Source: Octopus vulgaris (taxonomy: Eukaryota). From it: a stretch of DNA of 64,000 nt. The translations under genes were made by a program, and so were the position numbers. A model generated the notes under the pieces. That model did not search any database, was not told the DNA's origin, and saw only the letters and a program-made list of their open reading frames with translations. Below are positions 14,764-27,495 of this stretch, piece by piece (position 1 is the first letter of the stretch; each line of letters opens with the position of its first letter). Location: contig OX597820.1 of the NCBI GenBank assembly GCA_951406725.2, forward strand, positions 103,788,001 through 103,852,000, written 5' to 3'.

Positions 14764-15071
14764 GTTTAAATATTTGTTGTGCAAGATTTTTTATGTGAAG
14801 TCGTGTGTTGAAACAGATATTGTTATATTTCAGAATGGTCATATTGCCAGTTTAGCCAATAAAAACACACGCACTATATATTTGGTGTTATTTTGCTTCA
14901 GTGTTATTTATTTTTTACATTATTTTTACAGGAGTGTGACGAAAGAACTCTGGCCGAAATAAGATTAAGATTAATGTAAAAAATAAATAACACTGAAGCA
15001 AAATAACACCAAATATATAGTGCGTGTGTTTTTATTGGCTAAACTGGCAATATGACCATTCCGAAATATAA

Positions 15072-15109
<38 letters not shown>

Positions 15110-15267
15110 GTACACACATATGTATGTGTATTATACCCAGAAATGTATACATTTACGTACATATACACATACATACAGTAGCCTACAATAGCTTTTCACC
15201 CAGGGTAATAAAATGACAGTAATTTAGCCTGTCATTAACTCTTCATTAATTTCTCTCTTGTAAGCTA

Positions 15268-15301
15268 TTTCCTGAAGAAGATTTCTGTCCGAAACGTTGA
15301 A
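15268..15301 (+). ncRNA. Minimal hammerhead-like motif of PLE termini
   Basis: ttc CTGAAGA agatttctgtcc GAAACGTT gaa. Confidence 0.4.
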
Positions 15302-15529
15302 TTTTCCACTCCCCATTGCACGTAGACTGTACTCTTTTAATCCATTTCACATATTCTCGGACAAACATACATGTAGGTAAACAAGCGAAAGGATGTTGCT
15401 CTCAACGCATACATTTAAAGTTGTCCGTATTTAATAAAAAGTAGACTCTGCTCAGTATTACTTCATCTTAAAATGCATACATCACATCTGCGCCTACGAA
15501 ACTTCAAGTAACATGGAGCTGAGATAACT

Positions 15530-15562
<33 letters not shown>

Positions 15563-15607
15563 AATACTAGTTTCTATACATTTTCGTGTGTATATGTATG
15601 CATATGT

Positions 15608-15897
15608 GGAGGCGCAATGGCTCAATGGTTAGGGCAGCGGAACTCGCGGTCGTAGGATCGCGGTTTCGATTCCCAGACCGGGCGTTGTGAGTGTTTATTA
15701 AGCGAAAACGCCTAATACTCCACGAGGCTCCGGCAGGGGGTGGTGGTGATCCCTGCTGTACTCTTACGCCACAACTTTCTCTCACTCTTTCTTCTGTTGG
15801 CCTGCTCGTTTAGCCAGCGGGGTGGTGTCATTTGAAGGCTAAAACAATACGAAGCGCATTGTGACCAGCGATGTGTAGCAACATCTGATAGCCTCGG
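15608..15897 (+). mobile_element. tRNA-derived SINE family A (other copies ~1078-1350 and 60211-60593)
   Basis: A-box tggctcaatggtt and B-box ggtttcgattccc; head nearly identical to 60211. Confidence 0.85.
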
Positions 15898-16540
15898 TGA
15901 TATGTATGCATATGTGAAATATATAAACATATACTATTTTAATTCTTTCAAATTGTCAGTACTTAGTATGCATTTTATATAAAGTTACAACGGAAGCTAT
16001 GTTAAGAAATATATGCATTAGTCTACAAGGGGATGCAGAGCTTAGACAGGCCGAATCTTCTTTACGTACAGAACACATTACACTTAAATTGTGTATTTGT
16101 ATAGACAGATACAATACTTAACTACAGGATTCAATCGCGACGTTTTGTGTAATAATGGCTTTACTAATCCCACCGCTAGATGAGTTTGGGTTAGCAATCG
16201 AAACATAACCTCTTCTCATCTAAACTGATATTTGTTTCAATATTCATATTTTTACTTCCTAATGTATTTACCAAATGAGTATTTTGCATGCACATTATTG
16301 TACATTACATCACTTTGATCCCTCTTTAAACCATTGAACACTCTATACCTATTATATAAAGATATATTGGATGATTTATTGATGTGTGTGTGTGGTATAG
16401 GCATAGTTAATGTTTTAGCTAGAGCCATAATAGTTAAAAGTTCTCCAACACGAATGATAAGCATTCCCAGTTTGCACACACACACATACGCACGTCTTGT
16501 AGACTTAGTTATATATCAACCTAGTTATAATTGTGAGTTC

Positions 16541-16741
16541 AATAACAGATATGATATTTCAATAACAGCTATATTTCAATAACAGCTATATTTCAATAAC
16601 AGATATGATATTTCAATAACAGCTATATTTCAATAACAGCTATGATATTTCAATAACAGATATGATATTTCAATAACAGATATGATATTTCAATAACAGA
16701 TATGATATTTCAATAACAGATATAATATTCATATGATATTT
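16541..16741. repeat. 17/20-bp minisatellite (aataacagatatgatatttc) just upstream of calpain exon A
   Basis: About 10 tandem copies of two length variants. Confidence 0.9.
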
Positions 16742-16809
16742 CGAACTTTAGAAATTACTCGTCTATTTGGATCGTATTTATTGTGAACATTTTTTTTCTT
16801 TCAAATTAG

Positions 16810-16888
16810 GACATTGTAAAAAAAGGACAACGACCTGTATTTGTTGAAAAAGGAATTAATTACAAGGATTTGGACCAAGGTGATATCG
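16810..16888 (+). CDS. Calpain exon A (first visible): DIVKKGQRPVFVEKGINYKDLDQGDI-G
   Basis: Pyrimidine tract + ttag acceptor and G|gtgagt donor. Encodes the calpain DLxQGxxG motif before the catalytic Cys. Its phase-1 end joins exon 33787 to give QGDIGNCW. Confidence 0.85.
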
Positions 16889-17322
16889 GTGAGTTTATGA
16901 TTTTATATAGCTTTTTGAAGAATACATCGTAGAGGCCAAAGTGAATTTCCATAGAACTGTAATAACGACCTATTTCGATACCTGTTGTAACTTTCTCTCC
17001 CCGCCCCTTTCGCTTATATATTCCTCCCTAGAAAAGTTTAAATGTCAAAATTCCTGTTTCCTCTTGCTAAGTCAATATAACCGTTAAACCTATATTGATG
17101 TATACTCCCGATCGCATATGTCAGGAAATGTCAGGTAATTATCCCAAGTTAAATTAAATAAACAATTAATAATCTTCGTGTTTATGAAGTCCGTAACGCG
17201 TTAAGTTTTAAGGCCTCAGCCGAAAATCTTGTTAGATTGCGTAATCTTATTTCTCATCATTTTATTGTTACGAGAAAAGATAAAGGCTGCCCTAAAAGCA
17301 CATATCAACGATTAAATTCAGA

Positions 17323-17655
17323 TGGCTCAGTGGTTAGAGCGTCGAGCTTACGATCGTGAGGTTGTGAGCTCGAATCCCGGACCGGGCTGCGTGTTGTGTT
17401 CTTGAGCAAGGCACTTTATTTCACGTTGCTCCAGTTCACTCAGCTGTAGAAATGAGTTGCGACGTCACAGGTGCCAAGCTGTATCGACCTTTGTCTTTCC
17501 CTTGGATAACACTGGTGGCGTGGAGAGGGGAGGCCGGTATGCATGGGCGACTGCTGGTCTTCCATAAACAACCTCGCCCGGACTTGTGTCTAGGAGGGTA
17601 ACTTTCTAGGTGCAATCCCATGGTCACTCATGACCGAAGGGGGTCTTTACCCTTA
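17323..17655 (+). mobile_element. tRNA-derived SINE family B, CORE-like centre (also ~19984-20280 +, ~35040-35390 -, ~61430-61585 -)
   Basis: A/B boxes followed by gtgttcttgagcaaggcacttt; several dispersed copies. Confidence 0.8.
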
Positions 17656-19731
17656 TCTTTATATTCTATACAGCCTATAGAGGTAATAAGTCACTCTGGT
17701 TTGTCTTATTACCATCTACATCTGATTTCATATTTAATTACAAATTAATTGTATTTCAAGAAGCTTCACCAACAATACGTTTAAGCGTGTGTTCTCTTTA
17801 TTGTTGTAAAATATTCTTCAGTTAAATTAGTATAGGTCTACTAAGCTAACTTCTTCCATGATATAGCGTTCTTTTTCGTTCTTATCGTATTGAGGGACTT
17901 CCATACATTTACTTCGTTAAAGATATTCAACTTTGCAATAGTGATATTTCTATCCAAGGTATTGATTAAAAATATTCATCCTGCATGATTAGTTGCTCAA
18001 ATTTTACTGAAACTAACTTCTCATACCGGCAAGCCAATCAAAAATTCCACATAATCAGCGGCATCTCTAGAGTACATGTTGATACCTAAGTGCGTTAACT
18101 TACGGGCTTATTCCCCGTATTATGGAAACGCTTCTAGTACAGAATCCTTATTTTCCAGAATCCACACAGAATCCTTATTCTTTTGCTTGTTTCATTCAGT
18201 TTCTGTATTATTTATTTGTGGACCGTAATTCTTGTATATCACCTAATGTAATGAAAATAGCAGTAATATAAATAGCCAGGAAAATTTTAATTAAACATTT
18301 AAATTATTATATCCTACAAACAACCTGAATCTATCTCCATAGTTTCGTGAGGCTACAGTTAAAATTCTCTAAGGATGTAATAAAATTAAAGTCTTTTAAG
18401 AACTACATCAAAATAACGCTATTAAAATTATGCTTTATTTGCTACATGAGACACATTTATGGATTAAATTTGCGTTTTATATGATTTTGATATGGTTTTT
18501 TTATGTACCCCTCCTAGTGTAACCCTCCTTTTATACTGTAGTCCAATGCGGTCTACAGCCACACACACCCTATGACACCAGTCTTTTGTTGGCCGAGATC
18601 TCTTCCATTAAAAAGGCTAACACATTTTTTAAATCCTGAAATTTTAGGTCAACTTAACCTCTGATTCGTACAAGATGTTTAGTATATTGAAAACGTCTAG
18701 TCGTTATCCTTTATTTCATAGGTGAATCAACTTGAATCAACCAATAACAATTAGAACAAATTCTCATTGCAATGAAAACCTGTTATGACAACATGTATTG
18801 AAATCTGGTCTTGTCCAATAGTCAGTAGTGTTAATTAATGCAATGGGGTCATACGAACGTTTTCAATTTGGCAAGTTCTTTTCTTTTGGGAAGCGGATTA
18901 TTTTTCTATTTCTAGAGTTAATTCAAACTTTTGTGTACCAGTCATACTTTCCTGTGATAGTGATAACGGTTATTATGAGCTGTTGTTTTTAGGGGTTCGA
19001 AGATCAAAAATAGAGGCCCGTGATTTTCTGTCGTGAGAAGGATACCCCAACTTCTTTTCAGAAGAAAATTCGTTTTGTCTTGCAATTTTCTTTCCAAAGC
19101 TCTCGCTGTCTATAGCCCACATCAGCTCTTAGTAAGGAGAGCTTTGGGTACAAAAGTTGTCGATCGAACGATGAGATCTTTTGTGCTGTGGTATAGCTGC
19201 GGTTTGTATCGTTACCAAGCCCCAGGTCAACTCTGATTCAGCAAGCTTGTCTTCTAATGCATTCTAGTAATGGCCACCCCATCTTTTTCATATCAACAGT
19301 AAATCTACATTATCTAATGCGCACGTTCTTTAAGAGACTAAGGTGCGATTTGACTGCTATTTTTAGAAAGTTGATCGACCAGTACTATAATCCACTGATT
19401 GGTCGTATGTGTTAGTGATCTAGTGTGATCACGTGTTTAGTTGCATCTGGTGATGTGATGCAATGTGGCAGTGATGTGTGATGTAGTGAGAACCAAGAGC
19501 TAAATTACTATAGCAAGAATCGTTGCAAGGAGAGATTTGAAATGATGTTAGTAAAAGACAAAGGGCAATTATACTGAAAAAAAGTTTGATAAGCTTTCTT
19601 ATGGAGGATTTAACTGACAACCGTGTATTAATCAGCCCGAGTGAAATGAAGGTTTAAACTAAATCGAGTGGGATTGTTTGTCAACTCAACAACTGTTGTC
19701 CTTTGCCTACAGGAGATAAAGTCAGGTAATT

Positions 19732-19766
19732 GTCGTACTGATGACGGCTATTGAAACGTCCACGAC
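19732..19766 (+). ncRNA. Minimal type I hammerhead motif
   Basis: gtcgta CTGATGA cggctatt GAAACGTC cacgac; stem I gtcgt/acgac, stem II poorly paired. Confidence 0.5.
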
Positions 19767-21059
19767 TGTTCTCTCATATCTAGACCGTAAGCGTATCCGC
19801 TTCTTTGATGTCGACTTTGAAGAATTCTTGAATCTTGAGATTACCTCTGCTTCTCAAGTGAAGCTGGTCTTAATTGCCATTTGGTAACAACGATACATCT
19901 TCTAGAGACGGAGATAATTTTAATAAATATTTAAATTTATATTGTAAGATATTTGATATGTCTGTATTTGTCTATATTAGCGAAGGCGCATGGCTCAGTG
20001 GTTAGAGCGTCGGGTTCACAATCATGAGGTAGTGAGTTCGATTCCCCGACCGGGCTGTGTTGTGTTGCGTTCTTGAGCAAGACAATTTATCTCACGTTGC
20101 TCCAATTCATTCAGCTGTGTTTCGCTTGGACAACATCGGTGGCATGGAGAGGCGAAGTTGGTATGCATGGGTGACTGCTCGGCTTCCATGAACAACCTTG
20201 CCCGGACTTGTGATTCGGAAAGTAACTTTCTAGGAGTAATCCCATGATCTTTCATGACCGAAGTGGGGTTTTATCCTCTTGTCTATATTAAAAAGAAACG
20301 TTTGATTCGCTGAGTATACACTATTCATTGTATGTCTTCGGGACGTTTTTAAAAATTCCTCCTTATCATAAAGTACTATAATAAATATAGTTGTATTTTG
20401 GAAAAGCCAGAGTAATTGTTTTACACTTCTTTATTTCATTATGAGTATATCTTGGGGATATCTTGCTTAAGATTGCTCAATGTGGCGAAGTACTGTATTC
20501 TCTGGACTACAGCGCTCAATAAATGATCGGAAAAAGAGAAACTTAAGACAGGAAGGTTGCACGGAAAACGAGAGGCCCACCAGGTATTGCTTCGACTGCT
20601 ACGTGCCCCAACTGTAACTGTGGATTTTATGCCAATGGCCTAATAAGCCGCTTCAGAATCCACAAACAGTAAAGCTGCTAATCTGATCATTTTCAGATAT
20701 ACGAAGGATGAACGTCAATATCAAAGGAATCTGCTTAATGATTTCTGCCATATCTGACAGAGGAATCGAAAAATGAATAAAAAATAATATATATATAATA
20801 GCTTATTGTATACAGTGCTCAGGTACAATACAACGCTTCAGAAAAGGGTGCGAATGTAACAAAATACAGCAATAAATCATGTCGTGATAGGAATGCAATG
20901 ACAGGAAAATATGAAGATAGAAAAATGCATAGAATACACAACAAAATACAAGAAAACGAAAGTGAACGAAGTCATAAAAACTGACGCTGCATCGATTGGA
21001 AAGTGTAGTGTTAACTAATTTCAATTAATATGCGATTTTTAGCTAACATCCGACACCAG

Positions 21060-21330
21060 TAGTTCATTCAATTCTTTGACAATTTTGAGTATGAGTGCTG
21101 CGCTGTTTTTGAGTTTATGAATGTGTCCAAATGTGATAGAATATTGCATTCAAAAGGGTAGTTAAAATTGTTGTTGGAAAGATGATAGATATTCTTGTGG
21201 GTTTTTACCAAGTGAGATGCTGAACGTCGAAGCTTGATTTTATCGATGACCAAGAGAGGCAAGACGTTCAAAATATATTAGAATTAATATTATGGCTTAC
21301 CTTTGCAGATGATTGTTTTAATTAACTTGA
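21060..21330 (-). mobile_element. Possible PLE GIY-YIG remnant
   Basis: Stop-interrupted YLSSF...TFGHIHKLKN resembles the PLE endonuclease H.SSF...T.LS.HI..LK pattern. Confidence 0.35.
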
Positions 21331-22546
21331 TAAAGTAGTAAACCCTTAGCCTAATTGTGAACATTTGATTGATTAATGAAGTTTCAACGCCCACGCGTCA
21401 AATTTATTTGGCAGTATTCAAGCGAGATGATAGAGTAACGGTTACATATCACAAGGTACTTAATTCCAGGCTTTGCCGTTGTATCTAGTTCAAGAATGAC
21501 TCTGTTCAAGAATACAGTATTCTTGGTTCTTGTTATGGTTTAGCCCCAGATTAGCCCTGATGAGCAGACCTATGTTCAAAGACAGGCAGCTGTGACCATC
21601 CCATCTTTTTAAGAATTTATCGAGCTACATTATTATCGATTGTAAATTCAAAGTAAAAGAACCAAAGCAATTAAATTCACTTTAAGTTTAATTTTTTTTT
21701 CTTATGAGGCGTCGAAATTTTCGTCACACAATTCACAAAAAAAAACTATTATTTAAAATGAATTTAACAGCTCCTTGCGTTATCAAATGATTCTTCGCGA
21801 TGGTTTTTCTTGCAACTTTTCTAGTTTTTATTTCATTTTATCTCTACGGTTTTATCAGTCAGTAATGTGTGTGACAGATGGTTTAAATTGTGTCGAGTAA
21901 ATTTCTTTTTTCAAACTAGAAAACCCGTGAAAGTTAAAAGAAGTGTAATGCTCAGTAGATTACACGAATACGATGTGATTTGTCAAAATATGTTTGAAAA
22001 GGCTTTGAAAAGTAATCTGAAATGTTTCTATATATTTTGTATCCATTCTTTGTACTGTTGTCCATTACCTACCAAGAATTATCTTCTCGTAAAAATATAA
22101 AGACAGCCACAAAATCACCTGTTGAGAATTGCTTTCTTGTCAAAAAATATAGTGACAAAATTAAAAGAAGCATTACACAGCAGGTCATCTTACAAGTGTA
22201 TATTTTATCTCCACTATGCAAAATATGCACTGTGGATATAAGCAACAGGTTTTTCTTTAAGTGTCCAAAAAAAAAAAGAGATCAAAATGATTAATTTTAG
22301 CATTTATTATTGCTTCATCAACTATCAGTTACTGACTTTTCTGACCACTGGCAGAATAGCAGCTAATCGCTAATTATAATATACAGAAACTGAAACAGAA
22401 CTGAAATGGCTTACTTCATGTGCATAATCTGTGCAAGCGTTGGTATCTACAATTTACAGAACTCTATATAATTATAATTGAAAAGCAAGACTAAAATGTG
22501 TTTACTGAAAACAAGGTTGCAAGATGCAACGAAAATTTTAGGAAAA

Positions 22547-22929
22547 CTAACAGTATCGCCCGGCGTTGCTCGGGTTTGTTTCGAGCCTTTAGAATGGGAA
22601 TTTTTGAAAAGTAAAAATGTTCCATTATGTAGCTTGTTATTCTCTTTAAGTGAACATTTTTCTGGTTGAAATACACCCAAAAATGGCGACACAGCAGTCA
22701 AAAAATCGTAAAAAATAATGATTTTCATAGAAAAAAATGCACCTTTTTGATGTAAATAATTTTTGGTCTTAACATGGTCCAATTTGAATTTTTTTTCTAC
22801 GGAATAAAGAGCAAGCCTTCTTCTATCATACTTTCAATTTTGGTCAACTTGCGCCCCAGGGTCTCGGAGGACATAGTGTTAGTTGAAGGCTACCAAACCT
22901 GCCATACTTCAGCTTTATATATAGAGAGA
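22547..22929 (-). mobile_element. Non-autonomous Helitron-like element
   Basis: Minus strand starts A|TC(tctatatataaa) and ends with the GC hairpin cccgagcaacgccggg followed by TTAG|T, a variant of CTAG. Confidence 0.65.
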
Positions 22930-24472
22930 TAAAAATAAGGAATAAGTGGAAATTTTACCGGTGAGTGTGTTAAATCATGAGGCACAAAAAGAAAATGACT
23001 CTCCCCAGACACAACAGAATACACTTCTAAGTTTACCTTACATTTTTAATTATCCTCTCATCGCATAATTATTTAATTTACGCTGCTAATGCCTAGTCTA
23101 ATATGCAAATACACAGGTCACTCTGCTTTTAACGGAATTTATGTGTATTATAAATAGTTATAAGCTACTATTTTCTCTGTGGCCAGGAGTAGTAACGAAT
23201 GCTGAAATAAATTACGTTAATCCTCCTTTTTCACCACTGACGTAGTTTATCTACGGTGTTTACATTAGCAGCCGGGATAAAATGTATGTTTACAAAAGGC
23301 ACAAGCTCCTAAGTCTCTTTCACTTACATGTCCAGCTACAAAATTATAAAAAAAATGCAATCATTTCCTCTTTATAATTTAATCTTCGGTGAATAAGTTT
23401 CTGTGCTACATACCTGATATTGTATATTAATTACTGTTATATTTAAAAGAAAATCGTTGTGTGTGTATGTGTGTGTTTTATTATATCTCAATGTAGATCT
23501 TGGAAGAATACAAATATTTAAAGTCAAGAAATATATAGAGAAAGAATTTTATTTGAGTTCCTACAATAAGTTAACACAAAAGCTTAGACTCAAACATATG
23601 CATTGGTGGTTATCAGAGTATAAAGAGAAATATATAAACAATAACCGGCTATGCATAGAAAAGTAGGGCATCTAGAATTAGACAATAAGAAAAAGATAAT
23701 GTTCTTAGCCTAATCTCTTTTCTAAAACGTTATTGTTTAAAGGAAATATTAAGAAGTACAGAATATCATAAAAGGTATCTTAAAATAGCATAAAATATAG
23801 GACAGAATGTTCTTAGTGTTGAAAAACAGAAAGAAATTGATCAGACAAATTAATTTGTTTAATGGTTTAAAATAAAAGAACTCAAAAAGAAAAAAACCAT
23901 TTACAAATATTTTATAGTTTGATTTATAGCTATGTTATTGCTATATTATTATGTTAACCTGTATACAGAAGCAAATATGTGCTATCCAAGTGTATCATCA
24001 GCTGAAAGTGGAATGCTTTACGCATTCCTTACATTCTAAAAGTATTTATATGCAATAGGTAATTCAGAGTTATTTCTTACTTTCTTACATCGCCTTTGTG
24101 TGGTATTGCTACGTCAAGACAGACGGACAGTTGTTGGAGTGCCGTTGTGTTTGCCTTTAAAAATTTGCTATCGAAAAGGTTCGCGAGTACATAAAAAGAA
24201 TTCGTTTATGCATATTAGTTCATTCCTTCATTTTCAAAATATACAACAGATCTTGGAAAATATGCGGACATATATAGCATAACAGACTATTTGTAGCAGG
24301 TGAGGGCCTAATGCTGGACATCCTGTAGAAAAAGACTAGATTTATTATCTACACCATATGATTTTAAAATGGTCCTCCATACGTGCCAAAGGTTTATTCT
24401 ATGTTCCTGTATAGTATATATGTTTATAGGAAAGAGCTGTCTTTTGTATGGGCAATAGAAAGTTGTTTTCCA

Positions 24473-24513
<41 letters not shown>

Positions 24514-24537
24514 TGTGTGTGTACGTGTACATATACA

Positions 24538-24821
24538 CAGGGGTGGACTGGCCAGGTTGCCAGTTTGCCCAATGGCATGTGGATCCCTACGCCGTTAGAA
24601 TCCATATATCGGGGCCCATGTTAGTATCTATGGGGCTCATCCCTCAAGCTTGAGAATTTTTTATTCACTCATGGAAGAATGCATTAATTATTTCAGCGTG
24701 GGTGTGTTTGTAGACAGTTGTAAAGAATACTTTTAACAAAAGAAAAATGATAGCATTGTAGTTGCGGATGGGCCCCCTTAGTCTCCTGGCAACCAATATT
24801 TTTAGACCCAGTCCGCCACTG
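24538..24821. mobile_element. Probable hAT-like MITE
   Basis: Imperfect terminal inverted repeats caggggtggactgg / ccagtccgccactg; no clear target-site duplication. Confidence 0.45.
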
Positions 24822-24827
24822 TATGTG

Positions 24828-24887
<60 letters not shown>

Positions 24888-25013
24888 AACTAAATTCATA
24901 AATACACGTGTGTGTGTGCAAATGTTGAATTTTGTCAAACGAATGAAAGAGAACAGCTTCATATATGTTGTAAAATATATGGTTCTTTTGAAATTGATAG
25001 CTTTTAATTTTCA

Positions 25014-25055
25014 CCTCACGATTTGAGTTTCACACGCTGCGATCTTCAGGTGAGG
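25014..25055 (-). ncRNA. Degenerate type I hammerhead motif
   Basis: ccucac CUGAAGA ucgcagcgugu GAAACUCAAAUC gugagg; perfect 6-bp stem I, stems II and III decayed. Confidence 0.55.
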
Positions 25056-25991
25056 ATTGTTAAAATTCAGTTTGGGTAATATATTCGCTGGTGTTAATGT
25101 GGTCTCATTTTTATGTTTGTTCATTGGTTTGTGTTTTGCGTTTGCCGATTGGTTGTTATCTTTCGCTCTCTTCATTGATTTTTTTTTTTCAACCACAGGT
25201 TGTGATTTTAATTTGCTTTTTCAGTCTAGATTTAATTGAACCTAATTAAGACTGTTCTTTTGTTAAGTCTCTTTTTATCATTGTGTTGTGTTTGCAAATG
25301 TTAAGAGATTTACTTACACAATACATTAATGAAAAACTTAACAAAAATAACAGTGCTGAGTTTGTCTTCCCATAAATGAAGAAATTTATCATGGGAACTA
25401 GTTACTATTTGTATTCCTTAAGCTGGTTGTTAAATACATTTTCTGGAAAATTGTCTTTAGATATCCACATCCGTCCATCGATATATGAGACTCTTCTACT
25501 TAACTTTTGACATTCAATGCAAATAACCATACTGTTTAAAATAATGATTTCTAACATAAGCAAGAAGTCACGGTTGTTGCTTTCTAACCGACCGAAGCTT
25601 TGTATGTAAAACTGGGTAGACAGAAACTGTGTAAAAAAATAAACTGCCGATCAGAATTAACATGCAATTTGAATGCTCTGCCTTGTTACGTTGATTCTGC
25701 CTAAGAAATATATTAAAATTACACGTGTTACTATGGTATGTTCAACCATTTAAACGCTAATTAAATGAAAAGGTAGTTAAGAAAAGGTAGATTGGATACT
25801 CATCGTTGAGTCGCTGAAACCGACGAAGAACCGGTTTTTTGTTTGTTTGCTTGGTTTAGAATGTAATTATTTCAGAGAATACACTCTGTACATTCATTTC
25901 TCTGCTTATACACGAAATTACATATGAGTAGAGTTAAATAAGTTCTGAAATATTTCACCTTCATAGAATCGCAAAGATGGTTAAACTAAAG

Positions 25992-26247
25992 CAGTGATAC
26001 TGAACCGGGATCCACATGGCCCTGGGGGGTCCATATAAGGTTTAGTTGGTAAAAATTATGAACAATAAATTGGTTATAATTCTGCAATACACAAACTATC
26101 CTAATAAGTTTTTATACAATCCCTAATAGTATTTAATTATGAAAATAAAATGGTTTTATTTTTATAAATTTCAAATGGCTATGTGGATCCAGTAGAGTGA
26201 AATAGGAATCAAAGAGGTTCACAAGCAAAAATGGTTGAGAACACCTG
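25992..26247. mobile_element. hAT-type MITE with 8-bp target-site duplication
   Basis: Termini cagtgatactgaacc / ggttgagaacacctg, with identical AACTAAAG on both sides (25984-25991, 26248-26255). Confidence 0.8.
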
Positions 26248-26369
26248 AACTAAAGCTATGGGGATAATAGTTCGATCTGGGTTCGATCCCTTTGCGTGAC
26301 ACATTTGGTAAGTGCCATCAACAATAGCCACGGGTTGGTCAATATCTTGTGAATGAATTCGATTAAACA

Positions 26370-26511
26370 GTAGCATGCTTGCCAACCACATGGGTCTAGG
26401 TTCAGTCCCATTGCGTGGCACCTTGGGCAAGTGTCTTCTACTATAAGCCTCGGGCCAACCAAAGCCTTGTGAGAGGATTTGGTAGGCGGAAACTGAAAGA
26501 AACCCGTCGTA

Positions 26512-26567
<56 letters not shown>

Positions 26568-26760
26568 CGTGCGTCTCCAACATCGCTTGACAACCGATGC
26601 TGGTGTGTTTATGTCCCCGTAACTTAGCGATTCGGCAAAAAGAGACCGATAGAATAAGTACTAGGCTTGCAAAGAATAAGTCGTGCGGTCGATTTGCTCG
26701 ACTAAAGGCGGTGCTCCAGCATGGCCGCAATCAAATGACTGAAACAAGTAAGAAAAAAAA
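26370..26760 (+). mobile_element. SINE family D with internal (GT)/(TA) microsatellite (also ~28675-29100 +, ~62441-62820 +, ~48150-48565 -, ~39040-39315 -)
   Basis: ggttcagtcccactgcgtggcaccttgggcaagtgtc...ggaaactgaaagaagcc...gctccagcatggcc.cagtcaaatgactgaaacaag repeated many times. Confidence 0.85.
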
Positions 26761-27463
26761 AGAATAAAAGAATGTGTAGACGTAATTTGTGTATATATGT
26801 GTGTATATGCATAAACATGCACGCGATAAAACACTCGTTTGTATGTTTCATTACTTTTTACATATGTGCATTCATATGTATGCGTGATATGTGCGTGTGC
26901 AGTATATGTATGCATGAGTGCTACGCCAAGCGATTGGTTATGTCAATGGGAAACGTTAAGTCACGGCAAGTGGCACCAACCGAATATAATTATATTGTAC
27001 CTGAAGTATTGAATATAATAATACTATGCGTAAGTAATATATTATACATAAAAGCATACATAAAGTGTTTTGTTTTCTCTTCTTCGTTATAAATGTGATG
27101 TGTCTATGTGCGTGTGTGTGTGTATGTGTAACCCTGGTTGTATATTTCAAATGTGTCACCAATGGAGAAAGAGCTGGTTCTTGGCTTTGGAACAAAGCTC
27201 TTTCCTTGGCGTTTAGGTAATTATTTCTTTACTACCCACAAGGGGCTAAACACAGAGGGGACAAACAAGGACAGATATCGACCCCAGTGCGTAACTGGTA
27301 CTTAATTTATCGACCCCGAAAGGATGAAAGGCAAAGTCGACCTCGGCGGAATTTGAACTCAGAACGTAACGGCAGACGAAATACGGCTACGCATTTCGCC
27401 CAGCGTGCTAACGATTCTGCCAGCTCGCCGACTTGGCGTTTAGGTAATGTCAACAGACTAGTC

Positions 27464-27495
<32 letters not shown>

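Noticed and set aside
15608-15680. tRNA gene
   Set aside because: A/B boxes belong to a SINE head that continues into the SINE body and recurs in several copies.
21557-21583. CTGATGA motif
   Set aside because: No GAAA/stem III; part of a degenerate interspersed repeat.
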